Assembly: GCF_001194135.2 (NCBI RefSeq)
Contig: NC_068992.1
Location: 66,388,851-66,452,850, forward strand
DNA from: Octopus bimaculoides
Lineage: Eukaryota
DNA length: 64,000 bases
Direction of reading: 5' to 3'
In this document: piece after piece, positions 11,903-24,386 of the stretch
Numbering within the stretch: position 1 is the first letter of the stretch
How the letters are laid out: each line of letters starts with the position of its first letter
Notes under the pieces: generated by a model
What the model was told of the DNA's origin: nothing
Databases searched by the model: none
The model's input: only the letters and a program-made list of their open reading frames with translations
Made by a program: the position numbers and the translations under genes

Positions 11903-14900
11903 CACACATGTGCATACACGCATGCATACACATGCATGCACACACACACACTATCACATCAGTTCTTGGCATTTTAGATCACATCATTATAGATAAGTTT
12001 ATATGTTATAACTATTGATTAAAAGGGTGTGTGTGATGAGCTGGTATGATGAATATACATTTTTCTAAGAGGCTTGCTAAAACTATGGATACAGCCCCCT
12101 CTTCCAGACCAAATCCTTTAAAAGATAGGATGTAACAGTGTCTCACAAAAGTGAGGACCTTACATATTCTACACATTCTTTTGTAATGCAAATTCATCAT
12201 GTCCATGTTACTTCAAGAAAAGCCATTTTTAGATTGAACAAGGCTTTGTAAGTTACATACTCTCTTGAGATTTTCATTTTTCTTGGCCTCCAGTTATTCT
12301 CTTCATACCTATGTCCTACATATCAAGGTGTATCACAATTTACCCTCACCTATTTATTTCCATTTTACATCATTATCTATGCTGTTTTTATTACCTTTTC
12401 CTTTAGCATATTTGATAACCAAGAAACAACAGCTGGGTGTATAAATAGTAGTTTTTAAGGCCAAAGCATGAAAACATAAACTGATATAGATTAGAAATTA
12501 TGATAAAATTATGATGGAGTGTGTGTTTGTGTGTGTGTATGATGGTGTTAGGGAGGAGTTCTCTGATAGAGGAAGATAATATTTCAAGGAACTTTTTTCT
12601 TTGTTTTCTCTTTTTTTTTGGTAATTGGTTTTCATTAATTTCTGTATGTTGGTAGACTGTTACTTACTGCTGGCTTTACTAAACCTGGAACTCATTTCCT
12701 TTACATTTGTAGCTGCTGTAATTGGAGGGAAAGTCTATGAATTCTGTCATGTTGTTCTAGTCACTTTAAAGAATTATTTTTTTAAATAAGTATTAGGGTC
12801 AACTAAAAATTCTTCAAGGCAGTGCTGTTGCATGGCCACAGTCTAATACCTGAAACAAGTAAAAAATAAAGGATAAAACATTACATTAAAAAGTATTTCA
12901 TTTTCAACTGACCAGATGTAACTCTTGAACATATCTGTTATTGATCAAGTTTAAGGGGTTGGATTGCTCTAAAGTTAGCAAAAGTCCTTAATGTTAATTC
13001 TGAAGTGTATATTGATGCTTCATAGGCAATGAATGTCTGGCAATTTGAGGATTAGATTAGCAACCAGAGAGAGAGAGAGAGAGAGAGGGGGGGTTAAGGA
13101 ACCTAAATGCATCGTTGTTATTTACCAGATGTTTGGTAAATTTGGACATGTTATTTACCAAATGAGAACAAGGAACAATAGGACCTCTTTCTTATAGTCT
13201 TGAAATATAATTGTCATTTAAAATTTTGGAAAAAAGAAAAGAGCAAGTGTTTTATTTTTTATGGCAACATAATTTTTTTTCTGAAAATAAATAAAATATT
13301 TTCAGTATAAACATGACTTTCTGTTTTCAACTTTAAAACAATGGACTGTTGCTTATTTTACACTAAGTCTTGGAGAAACATAATATTTTTCCATTCATGA
13401 TATAATTTAGATTTCTGCTCTTTTTAAAACAGAAATTAATGAATAAATATATCAGTTATTTACTGAATTTCTAGTCTTCAATAAAAGGCTTTTAGTGCTT
13501 CTCAAAAGCCTTAATGAAAATATCTGCATATCTATCCACTAATGTAAATACGCATTCATTCTCATTCCATTGCCACCACTATTCCTGGCAACCATGTCTA
13601 CTGAAAATATTTACTTGCACGTATACTGGTTTAGATTAAGGCCTGATAGAAATGCGTGTGTAGTTGTGTATGTATGTACATATATGTTTGTTCTGTTGAG
13701 TGTGCATTTGTGCTGCATTAATGGAGAACCTACTTTGTATTTCATTAGAAGATTTATGAGAAAATTAAGAAGTAAAACTCATTAACAGTAAGGAGTGGCT
13801 GTAAAATAACTGTTAGACCAATGTGTACAGTTTTGAAACTTCTCTAGAATTATATACTTTTCATTGATTTTCATGACATGCTTTCAGGATTTTGAAGATA
13901 TTTTTTTATTCATTTATTTTTAGTCACCTTTCATTTACTCGTTGATGAGACTAGTAGAAATTTTAACTAATAGAAATTTTTACACTCCTGATAAGAGCAA
14001 TTGTTGAAGTGCTAATAAAAGACAAGTTACTTTTTTAAAAACTATTTCTTTAGAGTTTTGGGAATTACTCTTTGGTACCAATAAATCTTTTATAGAAGAG
14101 ACTACATTATTAAGACCAATTTTGAATGTTCATGTGTGTATATAGATTGAATGTCCACTTTTTCTCGCGTGCACATACATTTGTTTATTTATCAAAATAT
14201 TTCATTTTCGCAGTAACATTAATTTGTACAGTGTATATTTACACTGCTGCCTTTCAATTGACATAACCACCAATTGTTTTCAGGTGTTATATTTTGCATA
14301 CATAAACACATTTACACTTAAAATCATCGCTTATCCATTATGCTGTTGTTATTGTTGTCAATGTTCAGGCCACATTGACTGCAGTGGTCTCACCAGTTTA
14401 GAAGGGCCTGCAAAGCCCATGGGTTGTGCCCCTGTTTTCCTGGATTAACGTATAAGGAAAAGGAAAACAAAATCATTTTAATTTGCTCAAGTTAAAACGG
14501 CTGAAAATGGAAATATTCATCTTCACTACCACATCACACTGGAAACAGGAGATAATTATGCAAATATTTCCATCTAAATAACAACCCGTCATTATCTGAG
14601 ACTACAAACTAATGATGAAGAGAAAAAAAAAGCAAGAACAAAATAATAAAGGTAGAAAGCAATTATCAGGCGTACTTTATAAAATTATGGTCAAGATTTG
14701 TTCTTTTATTCATCATGGTAATCTGAAGGAGAAAAGTAAAAACAAACAAAATGTGAAGAAAATTTGATTCCCCCCCCCCTCAAACTATTTGAATAGAATG
14801 AAAAATAATCATCAAAACTGCAGCTGTTAACAGTGTTTTTTTTTCTAATTGTTATATTTTTTGTTTGGTTAAATTAGTTTTGAACAATGAAGGCCTTGAG

Positions 14901-16189
14901 AATAATTTCTGAAAATAGAGCATTGTTAGACTTGCAGAGAATTTTTGAGAGTAGACCATTGTTAGACTATTGAAACTATTCAGCTGCTCCTCTCTTCTCA
15001 TCTCCAATGCCTGTTTGCCATATCAATAAATTAAATACCAGTTATATACTGGTTTACATTGTCAGCTATAGCCCTTTACCTGACAGAAGCTGATCTTAGG
15101 ATTATTTGGGGGTAACATATATTCATTTTATACAAAAGTAAATTGGAAATTTAAAAAAAACAAAAAGAAAAACATCAGTATGATAACAGTATTTCTGGTT
15201 TTCAAAGAAATTCAGACCCAAAATCTATTATTGAGGGGTAGTTATTGAAGGGTAAAAGAGGAAATTAGAAAAAAGATCATTTAATGATATGAGTTGGGTC
15301 ATCTCCAATCAGACTTGTTGGAATTAAAAACTTTTATGTGAAAATTTTTAATGGCTTTTTTTTTTGTCAATATTTAATTAAAAAGTGTAGAAAAAACAAA
15401 TTTATGATCAAATTTTTGTGTTCTTCTTTAAGCTGTTTTCTTTGAGGTATGTTTAATAGTTATAGCTGTGCGTAGTTAGTCTTTATAATCAATTTAAGCT
15501 GTATTTCAACTGAACTACTTCATTACGATAATCATGTCACATAGAACCACTCTAGGCTGTCAACAGAGTTTCTTAGATATTCCAGCATCTGTTACTCTCA
15601 TGAATTTAATCCAGCATCCACTTTCTGATGCTCTCTATTCTCTCATATACTCACTTTCTTGTACCTTGACAATACTCTCTGTTGTCACAAACATCTTTTT
15701 TCTTTCCAGCTACTTCTACTCACCCTTGTAGTGCAGGGTAACCATGTATCTCCTCTATAGCAAGACACCTTTGCCTGTCTCTCTTTCAGTACCTTGGCAT
15801 AAAACTGCCTCGCTCTCTATTATACTCTCATCCAGTTGAGGGCTGCTTTTCTTTGTCTTACAAGCTGGTGACCTGATTAGTGCCAATGTCACGGATAAAG
15901 CACCCAGTACATTCTGTATAGTGGCTGGCATCAGACTATTCCAAAACTGGCATTGGAGATCACTGTGGTCCTTCAGCTTGTCAAAACCTGTCAAACGATG
16001 TAACTCATGCCAGCATGGAAAACAGATATTAAATGATTATGATGATATTGTCAATGACATCACTACACTACTGAAGAATTTAGATTTTCAATTCACTTGT
16101 GATGTATTCTTTTGTTTTAGAAATGGTCACTAAATTAAACAGTGTGTGTGTGTTTTTTTTTATTTTAAAGACAATTGTGTGTGGTTTAA

Positions 16190-16398
16190 TTTCTGTTTCT
16201 GTTGAAATACATGGCTTTTGTTTCAATTACTTTTGAAAATAATGAAGAATTTAGCAAAATAATTTTGTCACTATTAAGATAGCATTTATAATATCATGAA
16301 ATTTTGAAGGAAGGTTTTAATTTGGATCACTTGAAAACAGGAAGTTTGTATCCAAAAATCAGGAGCAGTCTCAGGTTGGTTGAAATCAAAAGAGTTGA
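16190..16398 (+). mobile_element. piggyBac-type MITE, diverged copy of 47134-47353
   Basis: Colinear with the 47134 element (GTTGAAATAC...GAAATTTTGAAGGAAGGTTTTAATTTGGATCAC...AAAAGAGTTGA). Confidence 0.75.
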
Positions 16399-16544
16399 GG
16401 AAGATTTCACTGTTATTTCTAGCAGGATCAGTGACCACATAAAGGCTACCTTGTTGGCTTGTGCTTCTGCTTTGTTGATTATGCTTCAAGAGATTTGGTA
16501 ACATGGAAGACTGAGACCTTTGGCCATTTATTGTGCTTGAGAAG

Positions 16545-16700
16545 ACATGTCAAGCTATGGCCAGTGCCGGTGACATGTAAAAGGCATCCAGCTGTTGACG
16601 CCAAGTCAAAACAGACTGGAGCCTGGTGCAGCTCTATGGCTTACCAGCCCCAATCAAACCATCTTACCCATGCTAGCATGGAAAACTGATGCTAAATGAA
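16545..16700 (+). mobile_element. SINE family C, sense, older copy
   Basis: AAGGCATCCAGCTGT...ACCCATGCTAGCATGGAAAACTGATGCTAAATGAAGAAG. Confidence 0.7.
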
Positions 16701-17804
16701 GAAGAAGAAGAAGAAATTTATTTATTTATTCTCCATTTGATATTATGTTTCCTGTCCTGGACATGTAATACACTTTCAGATTTATCACATTGAACACATT
16801 TCCTTTTTCTGATTATAAATAATTATTAAGATGAAGTATCAGTACCATTTCTCCATGTTTGGAACCTCTAAAGATAACCATTTTGCAAATGAAGTTTCTA
16901 CTACATTGATGGTAGGCTTTTGAAGTGACTAATCTGTAGTAATATGTTCTTCTTATCAAATAGCTAATGCTTCATCTTGTCAAATATCTCAAACAGATCA
17001 GCTGCACCCACGGTCATAACTGATGCACTCAGACTTCACCCCAGCAGCTTTCGCTATAATCTCACTGAATTAAACTCGTTTTTATTTTATGGTCTACTTT
17101 ATCATTGACGGCCACAATGCCATTAATTTTACTAACAGAAAATAAAATCTGTTTATTTCTCTTGTGAAAGAAATTCAATATATACTTTTATGACCTTTTC
17201 TTTTTTAAGTTTATAAGTCATCTAAGCAATACCAACAGGAGAGAATGTTTCTTTAATTCTGTAGAATCTAGTCACAGACACTTTTCTTTACTTAGAAGGT
17301 TATCAGTAATATATTGATGTTTTCAGAAAAGATAAGTGTAACACGAGTAAATTAGTTTATCTTGTAGGGCTGCCTGTTAGGTTTTGATAATTTCCACCAG
17401 CTATTTAAAAAATGTGTGTGTGTGTGTTTCTTAGGTGAGCTAGTTCTTAGAATTTGAAGCCCAATATTCCAGGCATCTTGTGAATAAAATAAGACGGTTT
17501 GATTAGTAACAGTGTTTAATTTGGATATCATGTAATTTTTTTTTATCAGTCCTTACATTTTTGCATGTTTGTTATTTACCAATTAAACACTATCATCATC
17601 TTTAGTATAATATGGCTCTGAGATTATCAAATTCATAGTTGCTATATAATTACCCCTGCTACTAAAGCACTAATTCTGGACAGAGAAATAAAGGTGGAGA
17701 GTCATACATCATCATCAGTGTTATGATTGCATGAAGCTCTACTCGTGACTTACAATATGTTAGCCACCAGTGGGCTCTTGTCTTTGAGAAATATCAAGAA
17801 GTAC

Positions 17805-18177
17805 ACAATCTTTCAGGATGATAATGCACCAATTCACACGGCTAAAGTTGTTACTGAATGGCACGAGAAACATTCTAGTGAAGTTGAACATCTTATCTGA
17901 CCACCACACTCCCCAGATCTCAATATTATTGAACATTTATGGTGCATCTTAGAAAAACAAGTAAGGAGTCAATATCCTCCACCATCATCACTACAAGAAC
18001 TGGAAACTGTTTTAGCTGAAGAATGGACAAAAATTCCTTTGGAAACAATTCAAACTTTGCACGAGTCCGTATCTCATAGAATTCAAGCTGTAATTACTGC
18101 CAAAGGTGGTCCTACCTGATATTAAAATAAATTTGTTTGAAACTTGAAGGTGTTTCCATTATTTTGTCCAACCCCTG
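17805..18177 (+). mobile_element. Tc1/mariner transposase 3' fragment with DD36E spacing and right TIR (Incomer-like), pseudogenised
   Basis: Frame from 17805: TIFQDDNAPIHTAKVVTEWHEKHSSEVEHLI*PPHSPDLNIIEHLWCILEKQVRSQYPPPSSLQELETVLAEEWTKIPLETIQTLHESVSHRIQAVITAKGGPT*Y*. D at 17820 and E at 17931 are 36 codons apart. Ends GGTGTTTCCATTATTTTGTCCAACCCCTG followed by TA (18178-18179). No left end seen. Confidence 0.95.
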
Positions 18178-18599
18178 TATCTTTACTATTTAGGCTAATA
18201 ACATTTCCTGTTGTGTTGCACTCATCATATTATTTATTAAGGTCAAAGTAATTTAGTCAATGTATCCTTGCTATAGAGAATTTTACACCAGAGGTGTTTA
18301 TATACAACTTCCTTTTGCTGTCTTTAAATTCTCTTTTTTTTTTAGATAGGGTCATTGAAATTTCACTGGTCTGGTCCTTAGCGAGAACTTTTGATTTTCA
18401 AAATTATTTAAATTGATTGTGAGTTGAGACATTGAGGTTCTAGTGACATTTGACATAATAGTGATATTTAGTTGGCCAGGTAACAAGGTTAGCAGTTCCA
18501 GTGCTTGAACTTGAGTACTACTTGTTCCAGAGTGGTCCTTTTAATGAAAGATGACAAAAAATTTAGGTTACATAGTGCAGATGTTAGCTTGTCGTGCAG

Positions 18600-18880
18600 G
18601 TTTTGCTTCTGTTGAGGTCTGTTATTCATTGCTAGTCGTGTCTTGCTGTATGCATGACTGTCAAATATTAACTAGGTTCATTGACAACCAGTCAGGATGT
18701 AGTTTATCTAGTACAAAATTTAGCCGTTGTTTGAGGGTCATGTAATGAAGTGGTGGTGGGGGAGAGTATTGAAACATTGTGTTTGTTATTATAAACATGT
18801 TCAGTTGTATGAAAAGGGTAGGAGAGTAGATAGTTGCCATGACTCCTATATCAAGAACTGAGGTAATCCCTTTGTGTATT
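18600..18880 (-). mobile_element. Degraded non-LTR reverse transcriptase fragment (CR1/L2-like)
   Basis: Minus frame GVMATIYSPTLFIQLNMF resembles GVPQGSVLSPTLF...IND; downstream DWLSMNLVNI*QSC resembles 'W...NLV.FN..KTQ'. By eye only. Confidence 0.35.
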
Positions 18881-20179
18881 ATCAACATTCTGTTTATTTA
18901 TAAATTTTCATTGGATTGTGTAATTAGTGCTTCATTAAATATTTAACTTATTTTCTGTTAACAATTTGTAAAATAAAAAAGTCTCCAGTTTTAACCAGTC
19001 TGTCATTTACAGATATTTCTGTCAGTTTTCCAAAATGGATAATTTTTGCTTTATTTATTGTTTATCGTTTTATATTTATTTTGACATGTTGGTTTTCGGG
19101 AACAACATGTAAACATACACAAACATGGAACTTTTTTTCCCCAGACTGAATAATTTGAGAATGATTTGATTACTGTTATTTTCAGTGCCAAAATGTAATT
19201 AGGTAGGAATATGTTTAATGAAGTAATTAGTTTATTCTCGTGACCAATGTTATGATAATAAGCTACTTTTAGCTTTGTCTTCCAATCCTTGTTATGTGTT
19301 CTTTCATTTTAATTTGCACTCTAATTTTTATTTTCTTACACGTATCTTCACCGTTTAATTTGATAGCATTTCCTGGTGTGTTGCACTCATCTTGTTATTT
19401 ATTAAGACCAAACTAGTTTAGTCAGAACACTCTTGTTATTTATTGAGAACTGCCTTTCACAGTGGTCTATTGGCAGACTTCCAGAGATATGGATTAGTAA
19501 TATTTCAAAAGTAGGCATATAAAACTTGGTAGTCCTATACAGATGGGTGAACATATGAAGATAATCAACGTATAAAGATGAACCTGCTTCTAGAACAGTC
19601 GAGATGGATTGGAGTATTAACCCCATCATGGCGTTCAGTCATAACCGAAGGAAATGTATGTATATAGGAAATGCGTGTGTTTATAAGAAATGTATGTATA
19701 TAAGTATATGTGTATTTATAAGTATATAAACAAACTTATATAAATTTACAGGCTTTGCTAAATAATTTTTACCAATGCCAAGCACCGCTAGATTCCTCCA
19801 AGATCTGGTTTATTTTTTTATTTATCATTTAGGAATATAATACCTTCAGACATCCACAAAACAAACCTATTAAAAAAAGAAGGAATTGATTAACAGTTTT
19901 TTTTTTTTTAATTCTATTAATTTCAGGAACATAAAGATTTGGTTTATTATCCCCACCCCATTTAAGCAACTTACCCAATTTCTTTCAGAATGAAAACATA
20001 TGAATTGATTGCTTAAACATGTTTCTGTTGATTGATTACTCTGTTGATTGATTAACTATAGATCTGATTTCTTCTTTTTTGTTCTTAGACTCTTAATTGA
20101 GACTTTCTTGGGTTTTTGTTTCTTTGACATTGTTAGGTAGCAAGTACAATCCAACATGTTATTGTGGTTGTCATCGTTA

Positions 20180-20390
20180 TGGCAGTGAGCTTGTAGAATT
20201 ATTAGCATGTCAGACAAAATGCTTTCTTCTGGCTCTTCATGTCCTGATTCAAGTTCTGCTGGGGTTGACTTGGCTTTTCGTCCTTTTCAGGTTGATAAAA
20301 TAAGAATCAGACTGCAGTCAATATAATTGACTGTACCCTTCCTCCTAAAATTGGTGGCCTTGTACCAAAAATTAGAAAGAATCATTATTG
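20180..20390 (+). mobile_element. SINE family B, diverged
   Basis: GAGCTTGTAGAATTATTAGCATG...GATTCAAGTTC..GGGGTTGACTTGGC..GATAAAATAAG...GGCCTTGTACCAAAA. Confidence 0.75.
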
Positions 20391-20954
20391 CCTTTTATTC
20401 ATTTATTTTTAATGAAGCCAAACTGTTGGCGTGTATTTTCTTCTTAATGTTGTGTTGGAAAGTAATATGAGAAAAGAAGTTTAATTCTCGCCCTGAGAAA
20501 GGAGAAAAAGAAGACAAATAGGGTTTTCTCAGTTGTAACTCTTCTGTAGATGAATGGTATTAACCAATCACTGTATCTCCATACCAATAAAAACACACAC
20601 ACACACACACACACACAGAGGATATTTGTACACGTGGTATTTGTACTATTGACATGGGGTTGAATCTAAGCCCATATTTACTGTTAGATGTAAAAACCAC
20701 TTTACATACATATAACTATACTAATGTCACATTTTTGTTCTCTCTCTCCCTCCCTCTCTTGCATACACAACACTTATTCTCTTGTAAACTTGCTTAAAGA
20801 CATGTTTAAACTTGTATTCTCCATTCAATCATGGATTAATCTTAATTCAGTTGAACTGTTTCTTCAGACTGACTCTGTCTGTCTGTCTGTCTGTCTGTCC
20901 TCCAAACTGGTTAATGTTATTAGATGAAAATAAGTGGACAATATGGTTTGTTGT

Positions 20955-21140
20955 TGTTGTTGGGCCTTAGTTCAGCCTTGCCCAAACAGACCTATGATTA
21001 TAGACATTCTATCCATGATCATCCTGTCTTGTTTTCACAAATAGTTTGTCTAGTACAACATTATCCAATGTATCCTTCCTTTAGAAAGATGACATGGTGT
21101 AATTTGGGTGACATTTGGCTGCTCTTTCTAGATCAAGCAC
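20955..21140. repeat. Interspersed repeat family D
   Basis: CAGACCTATGATTATAGACATTCTATCCATGATCATCC...ATTATCCAATG...TTTGGCTGCTCTTTCTAGATCAAGC. Confidence 0.7.
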
Positions 21141-21414
21141 TCGTGTTTTGTATGTTCATTTTGAGTTGTTCATTCTGTTAGAGGATTTTTGTTTATTTCT
21201 TCAGCATCAAAGTTGGTAATTAGCTAGTTTCTAGTGGTGTGTGGAGCACATGACCTGAAGGACTTTATGCTTTCTTTCTGTGAGAGAAGAGGAGTTATTA
21301 TAATAATGGCAGATTCATTCATGCATCAGACTAAACACTTAGAAGCCTCTCTTCTGACTCTTTATGTTCAAACATCCACTAAAGTCAACTTTCGTCCATT
21401 TTGGAATTGAGAAA

Positions 21415-21510
21415 ATAAAGTATCAATCAAGTACGGGGGTGGGAGGGGGTGATGCAATTGACTATCCACTTCCCCCAAAATTTCAGGCCTTGTGCTTTTA
21501 GTAGAAAGAA

Positions 21511-21544
<34 letters not shown>

Positions 21545-21710
21545 CATTATTATTATATTGTCTTTTTGTTCTGAGTTCAGATTCCACTGAGATCGACTTT
21601 GCCTTTCATACTTTTTAGGGGTTGGTAAAATAAGCACCAGTTGAGCACTGGGGATCAGTGTAATCAACATACCTCCTCACCGAAATTGCTGGCCTTGTGC
21701 TAAAATTACT
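21415..21710. mobile_element. Two partial family B SINEs (minus 3' half, then plus copy) around an (ATT)n tract
   Basis: 21415-21510 is the reverse complement of the family B 3' half; (ATT)n at 21513-21558; GAGTTCAGATTCC..GACTTTGCCTTTCAT...GGCCTTGTGC at 21575-21710. Confidence 0.75.
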
Positions 21711-22108
21711 ACTACTACTACTATTATTATTATTATTGTAATAATGTAAGCTTTGGGCTAGTTCAGTTTGATTTTTATGTTACATTATTTATAATAGTTA
21801 CCATTTTAAATCATTTGTCACCTGTAATATCAGACAGAGCCAATGTATAGACTTTCGTTCACTGAAATCAGATCCAGTGGCTGGTTTTCATTTTGGACTC
21901 TCTCATTTTTTTTATATGATACTCTTTATGTCAGTGACCTTTCAGAGCAATGTTGGATTAAAAGCTACAGTAAATCTCTGAATAATTGATAGTCACTAAT
22001 TTAAAATGTCATGGCTACTTCAGTTGTTATTCATTGTAAATACAGGATGGAATTGTTTCAATATCATCATCTGTTTTTTTTGTTTTTTTGTTTTTTTTTT
22101 GCTTTGAA

Positions 22109-22145
22109 ATGGGTCACCCCCTTAGAAAAAAAGGGGGTGACCCAT
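22109..22145. other. Perfect 15-bp inverted repeat with 7-nt loop
   Basis: ATGGGTCACCCCCTT-AGAAAAA-AAGGGGGTGACCCAT. Confidence 0.95.
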
Positions 22146-23689
22146 GAAAGTGTGTCTTTTTGGGTATTGGTGTTTCATTACATTATCACTATTGACATTG
22201 TTGTTAGGTTTGTCTATTGAAATAAATTGAAAAATGAATTTAGTGATAGTTTAGTGTTTTTGAAAGTATTATATGAATACGAATGTTGGAAGTTCTAAGA
22301 TTTTCCAATGTAAAGTGATACTAGACATTATAATAATGATTTGAGAGTGGTAAAAAGAAATATACTTACAACTTCTGATCCAAGTGTCTTGTCACAATTG
22401 TGTGGTAAAAATAGCTACATGATTGGTTTGTGGCCCCTCAGTCAACCCGGTTCTGTGTTTTCTGGTTTAATGTCTTTTATCATTATTTAAATAAATTGTA
22501 GGGGTTAACTTTGCCTTTAATCCTTTTGGGGTTGAAGAAGTAAGTATCAGCTGAACACTGGGTCGAAGTAATTGATTGGCACCTTCTACCGAAGTTCAGG
22601 TCTTGTGCCCATCGCAGAAAATATTATTTCAATAATTGATATTTGATTTAAATAATTACTTAAAATTTATTCAATGTTAAATCCCAACCAGGCTGCTGCT
22701 GCTGTTGCTTAATGATGAATATCTTATACATTCTCTTTTGAGGCTTCCATATTGGAATAGTAGTTACTTTATTGGTTTGGTTTGGTAAAATGCTCTCAAA
22801 AAGATTTAAGATTTCATTTCATTACAACATATAACATAAGATGGATAATAATGGATTTATTTTGCAATATTCTATTTGTATCTCTATAACTCAACTGAAA
22901 TTTACTTTGCCAACCAATCCCACTTGTTTCTTAAGTTAATAACCAAGTTGAACTTTACTTCAGAAATTAATATTTTTATCTTAAATTATGATCTTTGTTT
23001 TAGTTCAGTGATTATCAATGATATAGTTATCACATCTTGAGGTAGAACAAACATTTTCCATGTTAACTGAGATGAACTGAATAGATAATCATTTAATTTT
23101 AGTATCTGTTTTTTTTTCTTTTTTTTTTTGTTCACCCTCCCCATAAATCTACAATTTAGAAGTTTTAATAATTTTAGGGAAAGCAATTTATCAGCCGGAA
23201 GAGGATTATTAACTGAGTTTAATCTTATCAAGTTTGTTGTCAGCTGGTCTGTTAGCATTCAAAGCATTGAATACTAAGATAATAATTGCTTGTACAAAGA
23301 GTGCATTCATAAAATGTTGGCAGTAGAACAATGAAATCCTCAATACAGACGACACACAACAAGATTTTTCAGATTTCTATTGAAGAAGATATAAAGTGTA
23401 AAATGTCATTGTGCCCTTTCGGTTGAACTTTGGCCAACTTGCACTCTCTTCAGTTTGAAGTTGACCAAAATCTGATTTTGTGATGTTTTGTGTAAAGAGA
23501 TGTAAAGTTGAATAAGATTTTATGATGGTGTGTGTGTGATGGCATTTATGTTAGGTTAAAACTGTATGAATCTACCTCCATCAGTCTGAATGATATTGCC
23601 CCTGCTATGGGGGATGTGATTAACGAGATTTTAAATTTTAGAAAAGTTCAACTTTTATTGTTGTTGTTATTATTACTAGAAGTAGTAGT

Positions 23690-24090
23690 AGGAGTGGATG
23701 TTAGTAATTGCTGTGCAGTAAGAAGCTTGCTCCCAACCATACAGTTCCAGGTTCAGTCAGATTGCATGGCACCTTGGGCAAGTATCTTCTACTATAGGCC
23801 AGGACCTACCAAAGCTTTGTGAGTGGATTTGGTAGATGGAAACGGAAAAGAAGCCTGTCGCATGCGTGCACGCGAGACATCTTTGTGTCAGTGTTTGTCT
23901 CTCACTACTACTTGACAACCAGTGTTTGTGTGTTTATGTCCCTGTAACTTAGCAGTTTGGCAGAAGAGATGAATAGAATAGGCACCAGGTTAAAAAAAAA
24001 AGCACTGGGACTGATTCATTCAAGTGCAATTCTTCAAGTGGTGCCCTGTATGGCTGCATCAAATGACTGAAACAAGTAAAAGATATTATT
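23690..24090 (+). mobile_element. SINE family A head plus tail type 1, near full length
   Basis: Head ...AAGCTTGCTCCCAACCATACAGTTCCAGGTTCAGTC...GGATTTGGTAGATGGAAACGGAAAAGAAGCC, then CTTGACAACCAGTG...GTGGTGCCCTGTATGGCTGC..AAATGACTGAAACAAGTAAAAG. Confidence 0.85.
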
Positions 24091-24313
24091 ATAGATGTCG
24101 CACACCATACGATGTCATGAGGTTGTTGATTGAAGATATTGTATCTACGGGGAGTTTGTACTGTTTGTCAAGTCACAACAAGGACCTCAGACAGACAGTA
24201 CTTTATGCATTATGCATTATGCATGCAGTTCCAAATAATGCCAACTTTTGCAATACACCTAGATTTTAGGGTATTTCTAAAGTTTTCAGATGTATTTTTT
24301 CAGATTGGGTAGT

Positions 24314-24386
24314 ATGCTCTGAAGACAATAGGGATAACCTTTATGTTCGACTCTCGTAGCGGTTATCCCTATTGTTAACGGAGCAT
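24314..24386 (+). ncRNA. Candidate pre-miRNA-like hairpin (predicted pre-miRNA 24324-24378)
   Basis: 32-position bulge-free stem, 24314-24345 with 24355-24386: 25 Watson-Crick pairs, 4 G-U, 3 mismatches, 9-nt loop. An extra 12-14 bp basal stem (24302-24315 with 24395-24408) follows. Function is inferred. Confidence 0.5.

Noticed and set aside
12940-13130. Possible second Tc1 remnant (NVNSEVYID)
   Set aside because: One short motif interrupted by (GA)n; not supportable by eye.
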